64,000 bases of DNA from a virus. The notes under the pieces are model-generated. The model did not search any database. It was not told the DNA's origin and was given only the letters and a program-made list of their open reading frames with translations. The stretch lies in the IMG/VR virus record IMGVR_UViG_3300045051_000531; one strand, given 5' to 3'. Below, in pieces: positions 9,776 through 19,366 of this stretch; within the stretch, counting starts at the first letter, position 1, and every line of letters begins with the position of its first letter. Position numbers and translations under genes: made by a program.

Positions 9776-10546
9776 ATGCTGCAGTCATCGATGGGCAAGC
9801 ACAAGCTGGACGTCCGCTACGGCGACCGGAACACGCTCCCCTACTACAACGGCGTTCTGGACACCACGATCCTGAACAACGTCAACAAGGGCGTCATCGC
9901 CACCGCGGGCAAGGTCATGACGCTGACCACCGCGAAGCGCCTCACGGTCGGCCTCAGCGTGCAGGGCGCCGTGCCCTACTACAGCTGGTCGGGCCTCGAC
10001 GCCAACAACTACCCGGACGTCGACCGTGTCCGCGGCATGCCGGGCTACCTGGACAAGCCGGCGGCCGGCATCGGCGCCCCGGGCTCGCCCGGCTGGGCCG
10101 GCATCCCCACGGGCTCCGTGCTCGCGGGCGGCTGGGCCACGATCCAGCACATCGCGGCGGCCGAGCTGTCCTCGACGGCGATGCTGATCACCCCGACCAC
10201 GGCGGCTGAGTGGGCCTTCAATGGCCTCGTCACGCCTCCGGCCACCATCACGGCTGCGGACTACGCCCCGGGCACCCCGCTGACCGTGCTGTGCTACAAC
10301 GAGACCACGACCCCGACCACGACTGACGAGCTCGCCTCGGTCGGTCTCCTGGTCCCGGTCAACGCCGCCGGCGGCGCCGCGGCGACCTCGGTCGTCGTCG
10401 GCTACGTGGCTCCCGCGGGCGTCTTCCTGGGCCCCGAGGGCTACCTGACCGTCGCCTTCACCCCGGCCTTCGTCGCGGGCACCACGGTTCCCGTGCTGAA
10501 CGCTGGCGCCCTGGCCAACGGCGCCGCCGGCGTCGTGATCCCGTGA
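9776..10546 (+). CDS. Putative capsid decoration/cement protein
   Basis: 256 aa, beta/Gly/Thr-rich, extreme GC3 bias, directly upstream of the capsid gene; call is positional. Confidence 0.55.
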   Translation: MLQSSMGKHKLDVRYGDRNTLPYYNGVLDTTILNNVNKGVIATAGKVMTLTTAKRLTVGLSVQGAVPYYSWSGLDANNYPDVDRVRGMPGYLDKPAAGIGAPGSPGWAGIPTGSVLAGGWATIQHIAAAELSSTAMLITPTTAAEWAFNGLVTPPATITAADYAPGTPLTVLCYNETTTPTTTDELASVGLLVPVNAAGGAAATSVVVGYVAPAGVFLGPEGYLTVAFTPAFVAGTTVPVLNAGALANGAAGVVIP

Positions 10547-10553
10547 TGAACTA

Positions 10554-10581
10554 GGGGCCCCGGTCATCTGACCGGGGCCCC
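10554..10581. other. GC-rich inverted repeat between decoration and capsid genes
   Basis: GGGGCCCCGGTCA/TGACCGGGGCCCC, no U-tract. Confidence 0.6.
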
Positions 10582-10626
10582 GCCCCCAGCCTCCAGATCC
10601 ATCCAAGAACAGCAGAGGAACATAAC

Positions 10627-11565
10627 ATGTCGCAGCAGAAGCTCAGCGCGGCCCAGTCCAACAAGGCCTTCTTCGGTCTCCTGCAGAACGGGCAGACCAA
10701 GGAAGCTCAGGACATGGTGACCGACTTCACCCGGATTCGTATCCGCGAATCCAGCGTGTTCGAGAAGGTCATGCCGTCGGTCAAGATCGCCGACGACGAG
10801 CTCACCCCGCAGCTCGGCACCGACAAGAACGTGAAGCTGGTGGAGCGCGAGCCGAACTCGCCCGCCGCCATCACGATCCCGCTCGGCACCCAGCCGATCC
10901 AGTACTACTTCCGCGGCGACCGCTACCCGGTCTTCTTCGACCGGATCGTGACCCCGAAGTTCACCAAGGATGTCTCCGAGCTCCGTACGTACGGCATGGA
11001 CATCCGCCAGGTCATCAGCGACAACGCGATCCTGGACATGGACTTCGAGTTCGACCGCAAGATGATCGCTGCCGCGCAGTCGATCGTCGGCACCGAGGGC
11101 TCGACTGTTCCCGAGACCGGCGTCATCCAGAACCGCAAGATCGTCGACCCGCTCGGCATCACCCGCAACTCGCTCTTCGAGATGCGCAAGATCCTGCCGT
11201 CGACCTTCGCGCACCTGGAAGGCGTCACCATCCTGGTGAACAACATCACGATCCACGACATCGCCAAGTTCGGCCGTGACGAGGTCGGTGGTGAGCTCTC
11301 CGAGAGCATGTTCGTCGAGGGCTTCCAGCAGAAGCGCCTCCTGGGCATGAACTGGATCGTGACCAACAAGACCGAGCTGGTCGAGAACGACACCTTCTGG
11401 ATCTTCGCCTCGCCCGAGTTCATCGGCAAGTCGTTCGTCCTCGAGGACGTCACCCTGTACCTCGACAAGAAGGCCTACAACCTGGAGTTCTTCGCCTACA
11501 CGGAGCGTGGTGCCACCATCGGCAACCCGGCCGCCATCGCGAAGGCCCGCATCGCGACTGCCTGA
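10627..11565 (+). CDS. Major capsid protein (HK97-fold, encapsulin-like)
   Basis: 312 aa, GAGGA SD, very high GC3; RIRIRESSVFEKVMP and FTKDVSELRTYGMDIRQVISDNAILDMDFEFDRKM resemble HK97-type backbone-helix segments; followed by a terminator. Confidence 0.8.
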   Translation: MSQQKLSAAQSNKAFFGLLQNGQTKEAQDMVTDFTRIRIRESSVFEKVMPSVKIADDELTPQLGTDKNVKLVEREPNSPAAITIPLGTQPIQYYFRGDRYPVFFDRIVTPKFTKDVSELRTYGMDIRQVISDNAILDMDFEFDRKMIAAAQSIVGTEGSTVPETGVIQNRKIVDPLGITRNSLFEMRKILPSTFAHLEGVTILVNNITIHDIAKFGRDEVGGELSESMFVEGFQQKRLLGMNWIVTNKTELVENDTFWIFASPEFIGKSFVLEDVTLYLDKKAYNLEFFAYTERGATIGNPAAIAKARIATA

Positions 11566-11588
11566 GCGCAGTTCCGGTACTGGTTGCG

Positions 11589-11622
11589 AGAACCCCGGTC
11601 GAAAGGCCGGGGTTCTTCGTTT
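11589..11622 (+). terminator. Intrinsic terminator after the capsid gene
   Basis: AGAACCCCGGTC-GAAA-GGCCGGGGTTCT followed by TCGTTT. Confidence 0.7.
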
Positions 11623-11639
11623 CCAGCTGTCACAAGCTA

Positions 11640-11667
11640 TTGACGATCGGTCAGGCACCACTACGGT
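11640..11667 (+). promoter_or_regulatory. Promoter TTGACG-16-TACGGT, leaderless
   Basis: -10 box ends 6 nt before ATG 11674; no SD; shares ACCACTACGGT with the promoter at 49099-49127. Confidence 0.6.
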
Positions 11668-11673
11668 TCTGAC

Positions 11674-13578
11674 ATGGATGCCCTCGAGAAGCTCAAGCAC
11701 GCCAGGAACCTCTCCGATGCCGGGCGCTACGATGACGCCATAGCCCTGTTCAAGGAGCTCATAGGGGCCGGCAAGGAGCTCGATAACGCCCATCTTGGCG
11801 TCGGGGTCGCCTTGCTCCGAGCGGGCCGGAATCAGGCCGCTGGGGACTACCTGAAGGGCTGCGGCAGCACAGCCGCTGAGATCTTCATCAACGCGGCCAC
11901 CGCTTACAGCCTGGTCGGTGACGACGAAGCCGAGATCGAAGCGCTCCTGGGAGTCCTGAAGTCCCGGCAGCGGGTCCACGAGAACCCGTACCGCAGGCTG
12001 ACCCAGCTCGCCGTCGAGAAGAAGCAGTGGAACGTGGCCTACGAGGCCCTCATGCTGCTCTTCGAAATCAACTCCGAGGACTTCGCGGTCTGCAACCAGC
12101 TCGCCCAGGCCTGCAAGGAGCTCAAGCGGCACAAGCAGGCCGTGACGTTCTACCTGAAGGCTTACGAGCTCACCGAGGACCCCACCCACAAGGCCAACCT
12201 GCATGCCGCGTTGGCTGGTCTCTACAAGGACACCGCGGAGCAGAAGAAGGCGTACAGCCATTTCCGTGAGGCCTACGAGCGCCACCCGAACCCGAACACC
12301 TGTTCGAACTTCATCATGACGGCGCAGTACACCGCCGGGGTCAACCTGTCGGACTTCTACAATCTGTGTCGGGAGTACAGCGCCAGGTTCCTGAGACACA
12401 CCCCGCACTACCAGTTCCCGCTGGAGCGCTTGGATTCCACGAAGGCGGAACGCGGGCTCCGCATCGGATTCATGTCCGGCGATTTCATCGCGCACTCCCT
12501 GGCCAACCTGCTGCTGGAGCCGTTCAAGGCGTTCCGCAAGGTGGCTCCGCAGCACGACATCATCTGCTACGCGAACCGAGAAACCGACAAGGAGGACCGG
12601 ATCTCAGACGCCTACAAGACCACGGGGCGCTGGGTCAACCTGTTCGGAAAAACCGATAAAGAGGCCGCAGAAATCATCTATCGTGATGAGGTCGACGTTC
12701 TCATCGATCTCGCCGGGCACACCGCATACAACCGACTCCCTGTGTTCGGGTACAAGCCGGCCCCAGTCCAGGCAGGCTGGGTATCAGGCATGATGACACC
12801 CGCGGCTCTGGCGACCATCAACTACTTCATCACGGATCCCTGGATGAAACCGGTGAGCGCGGATCAGGTCTGTGCTGAGAAGTTCTACGAGATGCCGGCG
12901 GCGTACACGTACTTCCCGTTGGCGATGCCGCCACCGATCGCGCCGCTGCCCGCTGACACCGTGGGCTACGTGACCTTCGGTTCGTTCAACAATCCGTGCA
13001 AGATTCACGACGCCACGTTGGAGGCCTGGGCGCGGTGTCTGCGTGAAGTCCCCAGGAGTCGATTCATCATCAAGGTGTACACCTCGGCGACGGAGCATCA
13101 GATCCGGACGTACATGGCGGCTCGCGGAATCGGTCCCGATCGGCTGACGTTCTCGCAGGGCGTCCCGAGCACGGAAGACGTCATGAAGACGTACACCGAG
13201 AAGATCGACATCGTGATGGATACCTGGCCGTGCACGGGCTGCCTGACCTCAGCTGAGGCGATGTGGATGGGGTGTCCCGTGGTCACCTTGACCGGCGACG
13301 CCTTCCTGTTCCGGCAGACCTGGACGATTCTGAAGCAGATCGGGATGCCAGAGCTCGGTGCCGACACCGTCGATGGCTACGTCAAAGCGGCGGTCGAGCT
13401 CGCCAAGGATCGGAAACGGCTGCGCGACTTCCGTGCCACGATCCGCGACAAGATGAACGCGGCGCCGATCCGGAACCCGGAGCTCATCGCGACCCACGTC
13501 TTGAAGGCCTGCGAGACGTTCTGGGTGGACTGGTGCAGGAGCCGGGCTCCGCTGAAGGCGCTCCAGGCGCACCGCTGA
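11674..13578 (+). CDS. TPR-repeat O-linked glycosyltransferase, GT41 (OGT/SPINDLY-like)
   Basis: N-terminal TPR-like helices; LRIGFMSGDFIAHSL, DVLIDLAGHT..NRLPVFGYKPAPVQAGW, FGSFNNPCKI, DIVMDTWP..G.LTSAEAMWMGCPVVT match the SPY/OGT catalytic region. Confidence 0.9.
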   Translation: MDALEKLKHARNLSDAGRYDDAIALFKELIGAGKELDNAHLGVGVALLRAGRNQAAGDYLKGCGSTAAEIFINAATAYSLVGDDEAEIEALLGVLKSRQRVHENPYRRLTQLAVEKKQWNVAYEALMLLFEINSEDFAVCNQLAQACKELKRHKQAVTFYLKAYELTEDPTHKANLHAALAGLYKDTAEQKKAYSHFREAYERHPNPNTCSNFIMTAQYTAGVNLSDFYNLCREYSARFLRHTPHYQFPLERLDSTKAERGLRIGFMSGDFIAHSLANLLLEPFKAFRKVAPQHDIICYANRETDKEDRISDAYKTTGRWVNLFGKTDKEAAEIIYRDEVDVLIDLAGHTAYNRLPVFGYKPAPVQAGWVSGMMTPAALATINYFITDPWMKPVSADQVCAEKFYEMPAAYTYFPLAMPPPIAPLPADTVGYVTFGSFNNPCKIHDATLEAWARCLREVPRSRFIIKVYTSATEHQIRTYMAARGIGPDRLTFSQGVPSTEDVMKTYTEKIDIVMDTWPCTGCLTSAEAMWMGCPVVTLTGDAFLFRQTWTILKQIGMPELGADTVDGYVKAAVELAKDRKRLRDFRATIRDKMNAAPIRNPELIATHVLKACETFWVDWCRSRAPLKALQAHR

Positions 13579-13584
13579 GTCGCT

Positions 13585-13613
13585 TGTACGGAGTTCCCCG
13601 CGGGATTAGGATA
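13585..13613 (+). promoter_or_regulatory. Possible promoter TTGTAC-17-TAGGAT
   Basis: Intergenic, upstream of AGGAG and ATG 13634; coordinates approximate. Confidence 0.4.
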
Positions 13614-13633
13614 TTTCCCAGGAGTACTCCACC

Positions 13634-14560
13634 ATGCCTCGCACCCCCAAGGGCCAGACGCAGCGTAGCTACGCTGGCCGATTCCTTTACGGCGCCGTCG
13701 GTAATTACCGGCTCCGCCGAGTTCTGAACACCGTCCTCGATGCTGCCAACCAGATCTCGGCAGCGGTCGCTCCCGGCGAGCCGCCGGTTACGGCGACCGT
13801 CACGATCCCTGCCAAGGATTCCACGGCCCCCGTCGCGCTGAGCGGCGACGTCGCGGTGTCCGCCGGCACGAGGCCGTCGTGGCCCAAGGAAACCGTGGCT
13901 GGCACCGTCAACGTCTCCAAGCTGCCCGTCCAGGGTGGCCGCTGCGGTGACAACTCCACGGTGGATCTGCCTTACCTGGGCACCGGCTCGCCGGCATCGA
14001 TCGCCAACGCGGCGTACCCACGCGTCTCCGGTGCCGTGGCTGCGGCGACCCCAGCACTCGACATCACCTACGGCAACGGGGACTCCGATCTCGGTGTCGC
14101 CTTCGGCACCGTGCAGACCAACCCGTACGTCGCTGGTGGCACCTACCAGATCGACGCCACGCTGACGGATGTCATGGGTCGGGAGACCCCGGCAGTCCTG
14201 GGAACCTTCGTGGTGGCCGGCGTCGTCCTGCCGGTGTTCACGGTGGCCCCGGCCCTGGCGAACATCCTGGCGACCTCGGCCGACGTGCTCGCCACGCTCA
14301 GCGAGAACGGCACGATCTACGTCGTCGTGGTTGCCGATGGCGACCCGGCTCCGTCGGTTGCCGAGATCCTGCTGGGTCAGGAGAGCGGTGGTGGAGCCCC
14401 GGTGGCCGCGGCCAACGGCGCCGCCACGGCGTCCGTCCAGGCCACGGTGCCCGTCACGGGGCTCACCACGGCGACGGCCTACGACGTCTACGTCGCCGCC
14501 AAGGACACCGCGGGCAACCCGGTGGCTGTCGCGGTCAAGCTGGACCTCACGACCGCCTAG
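13634..14560 (+). CDS. Virion surface protein with C-terminal Fn3/Ig-like domain
   Basis: 308 aa, T/V/A-rich; TLSENGTIYVVVV...VTGLTTATAYDVYVAAKDTAGN is Fn3-like; ends in TAG TAG. Confidence 0.7.
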   Translation: MPRTPKGQTQRSYAGRFLYGAVGNYRLRRVLNTVLDAANQISAAVAPGEPPVTATVTIPAKDSTAPVALSGDVAVSAGTRPSWPKETVAGTVNVSKLPVQGGRCGDNSTVDLPYLGTGSPASIANAAYPRVSGAVAAATPALDITYGNGDSDLGVAFGTVQTNPYVAGGTYQIDATLTDVMGRETPAVLGTFVVAGVVLPVFTVAPALANILATSADVLATLSENGTIYVVVVADGDPAPSVAEILLGQESGGGAPVAAANGAATASVQATVPVTGLTTATAYDVYVAAKDTAGNPVAVAVKLDLTTA

Positions 14561-14632
14561 TAGAAGCGGGTCTTGCGAATGGAGGGACGGCGGCTACTGT
14601 AGCCGCCGTCCTTTCATTTTCGGAGTACCGCG

Positions 14633-15280
14633 ATGACCTTTGGCGCCACCGTCGACACCAGTCGCCCCCACACCGTCATCGAAGTACATCACCCCGTCGA
14701 CCTCTGGGTTCCCAGACGAGCCCATCTCGCCAAGGGTACCTACCAGTTCCAGGGCGACCTGAGGCCTTGCTTCCGGGATCTCTCGACACGGCGTCTCGTA
14801 GCCGCTGGGGTCGTCTCGGTGCGCTACGTCGCCGTCGATGAGGCCCCCCAGACGGTGTCCGCGCGGACAGAAATGGTCCCGGCGTCGGCCGTGGTGTCCC
14901 CGAAGGCCCTGGATCTGAAGTCACAGATCCCAACCGATTTCGCCCCGACCACGGTGAACACCGTGAACCTGGGTCCCGTGCTCCAGGAGCCCGTTATCGG
15001 GACCTCGGCACCGGAGCAGGCCGAGACCATGGAAACGCCTCCTGAGGCGATCTATACGCAGCCGGAACCGGTTCCGACGGAGACCACTCCTGTGGCCACC
15101 GAACCGGCTGTGATCGCAACGGAACCAGAGCCCGTGGTTACCGAGCAGGCCGCCGTGGCGACGGAGCCCGAACCCGTGGCTACCGAAACCAAGCCGGAGT
15201 CCACGGAGATCGAGCCCGTCACGGCTGACGCCATCGCCGGGGCCGAGCCGGTTCGCCGGCGCCGCCGGAACCAGCTCTAA
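14633..15280 (+). CDS. Hypothetical protein with TEPEPVA repeats and basic tail
   Basis: 215 aa; repeated (A/T)TEP(E/A)PV units; C-terminal RRRRR. Confidence 0.75.
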   Translation: MTFGATVDTSRPHTVIEVHHPVDLWVPRRAHLAKGTYQFQGDLRPCFRDLSTRRLVAAGVVSVRYVAVDEAPQTVSARTEMVPASAVVSPKALDLKSQIPTDFAPTTVNTVNLGPVLQEPVIGTSAPEQAETMETPPEAIYTQPEPVPTETTPVATEPAVIATEPEPVVTEQAAVATEPEPVATETKPESTEIEPVTADAIAGAEPVRRRRRNQL

Positions 15281-15320
15281 GTAGATTGCGGCTATCCGGG
15301 GCTCAGGTAAGCTGCGTGCC

Positions 15321-15473
15321 ATGCAGGTCACGCACAACGCGATCCGTCGCGGGCTCGCCAAGCTCGCTGACACCCCGATGTCGAAGACCGCTGCCCGGAG
15401 GCGTTGGCTGGAGGACACCGACCTGGTGAAGCTCTGTCAACTCTTTAAGGCCCAGCAGTCCCGCAAGAAGTAG
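15321..15473 (+). CDS. Small K-x-A protein (50 aa, below the ORF-track cutoff)
   Basis: MQVTHNAIRRGLAKLADTPMSKTAARRRWLEDTDLVKLCQLFKAQQSRKK; TTGCGG-16-TAAGCT upstream. Confidence 0.6.
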   Translation: MQVTHNAIRRGLAKLADTPMSKTAARRRWLEDTDLVKLCQLFKAQQSRKK

Positions 15474-15481
15474 GAGCTCCC

Positions 15482-16504
15482 ATGACGGTTCCCGTGATTC
15501 AGTCCGTTCAGTACTCGAACGTCCTGGTCTACATCTTCTTCGACCGCGCCGTCACGGCGACCCTGGGCCAGGAGCTCAATGGGTTCACGTTCAAGGATGG
15601 TGGGGTCCCGTTCGTACCGACCTTCAGCGCGATCGATGACAACCTGATCACGGCCGTGCTGGCGCTCCCGCTGAGCTCGGATCTCGAGGTCAGCTATGTC
15701 TCCGGGTCCGGTACCGTGGTCGAGGCTGTTGCCCCGAATGATCCCGCAGCCAGCTTCACGGATGCCGTCGGGGTCCCGGTCTACACGGTTCCCGTGTTGC
15801 TGCGCGCCACCGCTGGTGAAGGTTCCAACGACTTCATCAAGGTGTACTTCTCCCAGGCCGTGGGGTCGCCATCTGGCGATCTCGTCACCGGGTTCACGGT
15901 CGAAGTCGACAACGTCGTCCTCGATCTGTCCGCTGCCACGGCGACGCTGAACGAAGACCAGACCGTCCTGACGATCGATACCGGAACGAACTTCGTGTAC
16001 AGCGATGTCGTCGATGTCGACTACGACTCCGGTGTCGGTGATCTCCGGATCTGGCCGGTTGGCACCATCGCCGACTTCACGCTCAACGCGGTCGACAACC
16101 TGAGCACGGACGGACTCCCGAACAGTTCGTACCCGCTCTCGTACGTCATCAAGGAGCCCGTGACGCCCTGCAACGGTGTCGTCACGGCGACCCTGGGCGT
16201 CTCCCTGAACCCGATCGACATCGACATCGTGAATCGCTACGGCCCGCTCGTCGTGTTCACAGGCGGCACCTTCGGGGTCACGATCCAGAACCCGGCTGGC
16301 GTCGTCTTCACGGGCGGCATGGTCGGTGTCGTCGATGGGACCCAGCTCCAGGCCTCCTTTGTGTCCACGAACGTCGCCTGGTCGGTGACCGCGGCTCAGG
16401 ACTGGCAGGCCGTGGTCGCCACGAAGATCGGCATCGAACTCGGCAAGCTCCGCTCCATCGATCAGGGTATCGTCCTCGGCGACCGTACCGTCACGGCGGT
16501 GTGA
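15482..16504 (+). CDS. Ig-like (SwmB-repeat-like) virion protein
   Basis: 340 aa; two similar beta modules (VYIFFDRAV..GFTF / IKVYFSQAV..GFTV). Confidence 0.6.
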   Translation: MTVPVIQSVQYSNVLVYIFFDRAVTATLGQELNGFTFKDGGVPFVPTFSAIDDNLITAVLALPLSSDLEVSYVSGSGTVVEAVAPNDPAASFTDAVGVPVYTVPVLLRATAGEGSNDFIKVYFSQAVGSPSGDLVTGFTVEVDNVVLDLSAATATLNEDQTVLTIDTGTNFVYSDVVDVDYDSGVGDLRIWPVGTIADFTLNAVDNLSTDGLPNSSYPLSYVIKEPVTPCNGVVTATLGVSLNPIDIDIVNRYGPLVVFTGGTFGVTIQNPAGVVFTGGMVGVVDGTQLQASFVSTNVAWSVTAAQDWQAVVATKIGIELGKLRSIDQGIVLGDRTVTAV

Positions 16505-16507
16505 TCC

Positions 16508-19357
16508 ATGGGTGCCCTCGGATCCAGGCTGTACTACAAGCTGGCAGCGGAAGCCGCAGCTAAAGAGTCCACCGTTGTTGGCGCGTTGAACAAGTACCCG
16601 GGCACACCTGAAGAAAAAGTTCAGGGGTTCCTGAGGGACGCGCCGAAGAATCTTAGGTCTGTTCCTGGGGTCATGTTCAAAATCCTGGCTCCGCAAGCGA
16701 TTCAGGACATGTTGGACTGGTCTGCTCAGCAACCGCCAGAGACCCAGGAGAAGCTTATCGGCTTGGTCAACCAGGCTGTCGGGCCCGAGGGTGAACTCGG
16801 CAAGATCATTCAGCAGAAAGATCCCAGCGGGGCGATCTTCAAGCAGGTCCAGCAGTCCGTGGCCGATACCACGGCGCGTGTTCAGGCCGCAATGAAGGCT
16901 GCGACACAGGCTGCCGCAGCTACAGCCAAACCGGTGACGCCGCCGCCGACTAGCCAGCCGGCGTCAACACCTCCAGCCGCGACACCAGCGGCACCTCCAG
17001 CGGGCCAGGCTCCGCCAGCTACCGAGAAGCCCGCTGCGCCACCAGCGCAGAAGGCTCCGGAGAAGCCGGCGACGACGCCAGCGCCTCCGCAGGAGAAGGG
17101 GTTCGGCGAGAAGATCATGGAGTGGTTCTCCAGCGAGGACGGCCAGAAGCTGCTCAGCTTCATTGGCCCCATGATCGGGAAGCCTGATCTCGCCCAGATG
17201 TTCGGCGGTGCCGCGGCATCGAAGAAGGCGCCACAGCGGGTAGCGCCGCCGAAGCCCATCGACTTGGGTAAAGGTGACGCCGCAACGCCTGAGGCGATCA
17301 ACAAGGCACAAGCTGCGGCGGTACCGCCAGACAGCGTCGCTGGTCTGCAGCCCATTCAGCCTGGCGTCAACGCCTACGACAGCGGTGGCAACCAGTACCA
17401 TGTCTCCGATGACAACCGGGTCTGGCGTCGCTACACGGATCCCACCACGGGGAAGGTCGGCTGGCAACACCTCCCGAATCTCAGTGGTTCCAAGACCCCG
17501 TCCGAAGCCGAGGGTGGCTGGGCGGGTCGGCAGAAGCAGTGGGAAGAGTACGAGATCGGGCAGGTCTACGCCAACAAGCGGTACAACCAGATCTACGAGG
17601 CCAAGGGTGCCGACGCCGCTGAGAAGTGGGCTCAGAACGAGATCGTGCGCGCCAAGCAGCGCGCCGCGAATCGTGTCAACGAGGAGCGCAACCTCGGCAA
17701 GGATGCCAAGGCGATCGGTCTGACACAGTTCAAGCCCGGCGATAAGCCGATGTACATCGGCAAGACCAATGACCCGAACTCGCCGGGAGTCGCGCTTCAG
17801 GAGGCCGACGGTAAGGGTGGCGTGAAGCGGTACGAGGGCGGCGTCTGGACCGCTGGCGACCAGGCATCGGCTGGTCGTACGAAGGAACAGCTCGCGTTGC
17901 AGGAGGCCCAGGCCGTCGAGCGCGACCGTCGCGCCAATCGAGCCCAGGATCCCGCGTACGTCGCCAAGCAGGTCAGGGCCTACCGTATGGCTGGTACGGA
18001 GCCGCCCGCTTGGGTTCTGAACGCGCTGCAGAATCCGGAGTTCGCAGCTCAGGTTGAAGCGCACACCGCTGTGGACGCCATGGCTGCGGACCCCAAGAAC
18101 CAGGGCAAGCCGTTCAATCGTGCCCAGCAGTACGAGATTGCGCTGCAGGAGCAGCGTAAGGCTCGTCAGCTCCAAGGGCCGCCGCCGGTGTTCCGGAAGC
18201 CTGGCGACCCCGTGAAACCAGGGCTCGCGAAGAAGCCGGCACCGCCTGAGGTTCCGGATCCCAACGCGGAGCGCGACGCTGCCAAGGATAGCGGCGACGT
18301 TCCGGACTACGTCAGCGTGGCTGATGCTGCTACGGTTCCAGGTGGCACTGCAGCCGCTAACGAAGGAACGCCAGCCGCCGAGCTCCCGAAGCCGAAGGCT
18401 CCCCAGGCACAGACTCCTGCTCAGCCGCCCGCTGCAAAGACAGACTCAGCGGCAACCGCTGCGAAGCCATCAGAGCCCAAGCCGGTCGACAACCGAGAGG
18501 CCGTCATAAACGGTGCCCTGGATCCGAATCGGAAGGCAGATCCTAACTTCCGGCCTAAGGACGGTCCTTCGGCACCGCCGGCCCCAGGGGATAAGCCAGC
18601 CACGGTAGCCAAGAAGCCGGTGGATCCGGATGCTCCGAAGTTGGCCTCAGCTCGTCTTGGTGCCCTGTTGCTCAAGGCCGCCTCGATGCCGGAACCAGCC
18701 CTGCTTCGTACCAAGCTGGTCGCAGCTAAGACGCGGGCCGCTGAACTGCTGGGAACCAAGTCGGCCGCCGAGGCCATCGGGACTCCGTCAACGGCGGGTT
18801 CAGCTCCGATCGGGACTCCATCGACGAGCTCAGCTCCCACCAAGACGCCGGCGAGCAAGCCGGTCGTCAAGCAGCCCGTACGTGGCTCCGTGAAGCAGAC
18901 CGGGCCAGCACCACGCATGAAGGGAACCCAGAAGGCTCAGGACTTCTCGGCTCGACAGGTCACCGGGTCCGTGGCTGGGCGTCCCATGACGCGTAGTCGT
19001 CCGCAGGGACTCGCGAACCCGACATCGGGTGTCAACGCGGCTCGCGTCGACACCAGAAACGTGAACACGCGCGAGGCCGCTCCCATGGTGATCGGCGGCG
19101 GGCGCCTCGGAGCCATGGCGACCCGCACCAAGGTCGACACCAGGGCTGCTTCGGAGTTGTCCGCGCAGCGCAGTGATGACAGCGGGATGCGCCGCGAAGT
19201 TCACAGCAGCGCCCCGGTCCGGAACTGGGGAACCCCCGGTCTCGGTAGCCTGGCGAGTGGGCGCAGCTACGATGTCGACAGGACCCCTGGTGCCAGGGGT
19301 CGTCACATGCAGCACTACAAGTCTGGTCCCATCAATTCCGCCGTGGTCAGAACCTAA
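16508..19357 (+). CDS. Large Pro/Ala-rich putative internal virion protein
   Basis: 949 aa; P/A/K low-complexity linkers around a helical middle part; KLAA, KAAS, KSAA sites. Confidence 0.75.
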   Translation: MGALGSRLYYKLAAEAAAKESTVVGALNKYPGTPEEKVQGFLRDAPKNLRSVPGVMFKILAPQAIQDMLDWSAQQPPETQEKLIGLVNQAVGPEGELGKIIQQKDPSGAIFKQVQQSVADTTARVQAAMKAATQAAAATAKPVTPPPTSQPASTPPAATPAAPPAGQAPPATEKPAAPPAQKAPEKPATTPAPPQEKGFGEKIMEWFSSEDGQKLLSFIGPMIGKPDLAQMFGGAAASKKAPQRVAPPKPIDLGKGDAATPEAINKAQAAAVPPDSVAGLQPIQPGVNAYDSGGNQYHVSDDNRVWRRYTDPTTGKVGWQHLPNLSGSKTPSEAEGGWAGRQKQWEEYEIGQVYANKRYNQIYEAKGADAAEKWAQNEIVRAKQRAANRVNEERNLGKDAKAIGLTQFKPGDKPMYIGKTNDPNSPGVALQEADGKGGVKRYEGGVWTAGDQASAGRTKEQLALQEAQAVERDRRANRAQDPAYVAKQVRAYRMAGTEPPAWVLNALQNPEFAAQVEAHTAVDAMAADPKNQGKPFNRAQQYEIALQEQRKARQLQGPPPVFRKPGDPVKPGLAKKPAPPEVPDPNAERDAAKDSGDVPDYVSVADAATVPGGTAAANEGTPAAELPKPKAPQAQTPAQPPAAKTDSAATAAKPSEPKPVDNREAVINGALDPNRKADPNFRPKDGPSAPPAPGDKPATVAKKPVDPDAPKLASARLGALLLKAASMPEPALLRTKLVAAKTRAAELLGTKSAAEAIGTPSTAGSAPIGTPSTSSAPTKTPASKPVVKQPVRGSVKQTGPAPRMKGTQKAQDFSARQVTGSVAGRPMTRSRPQGLANPTSGVNAARVDTRNVNTREAAPMVIGGGRLGAMATRTKVDTRAASELSAQRSDDSGMRREVHSSAPVRNWGTPGLGSLASGRSYDVDRTPGARGRHMQHYKSGPINSAVVRT

Positions 19358-19366
19358 GGAGTCCAG

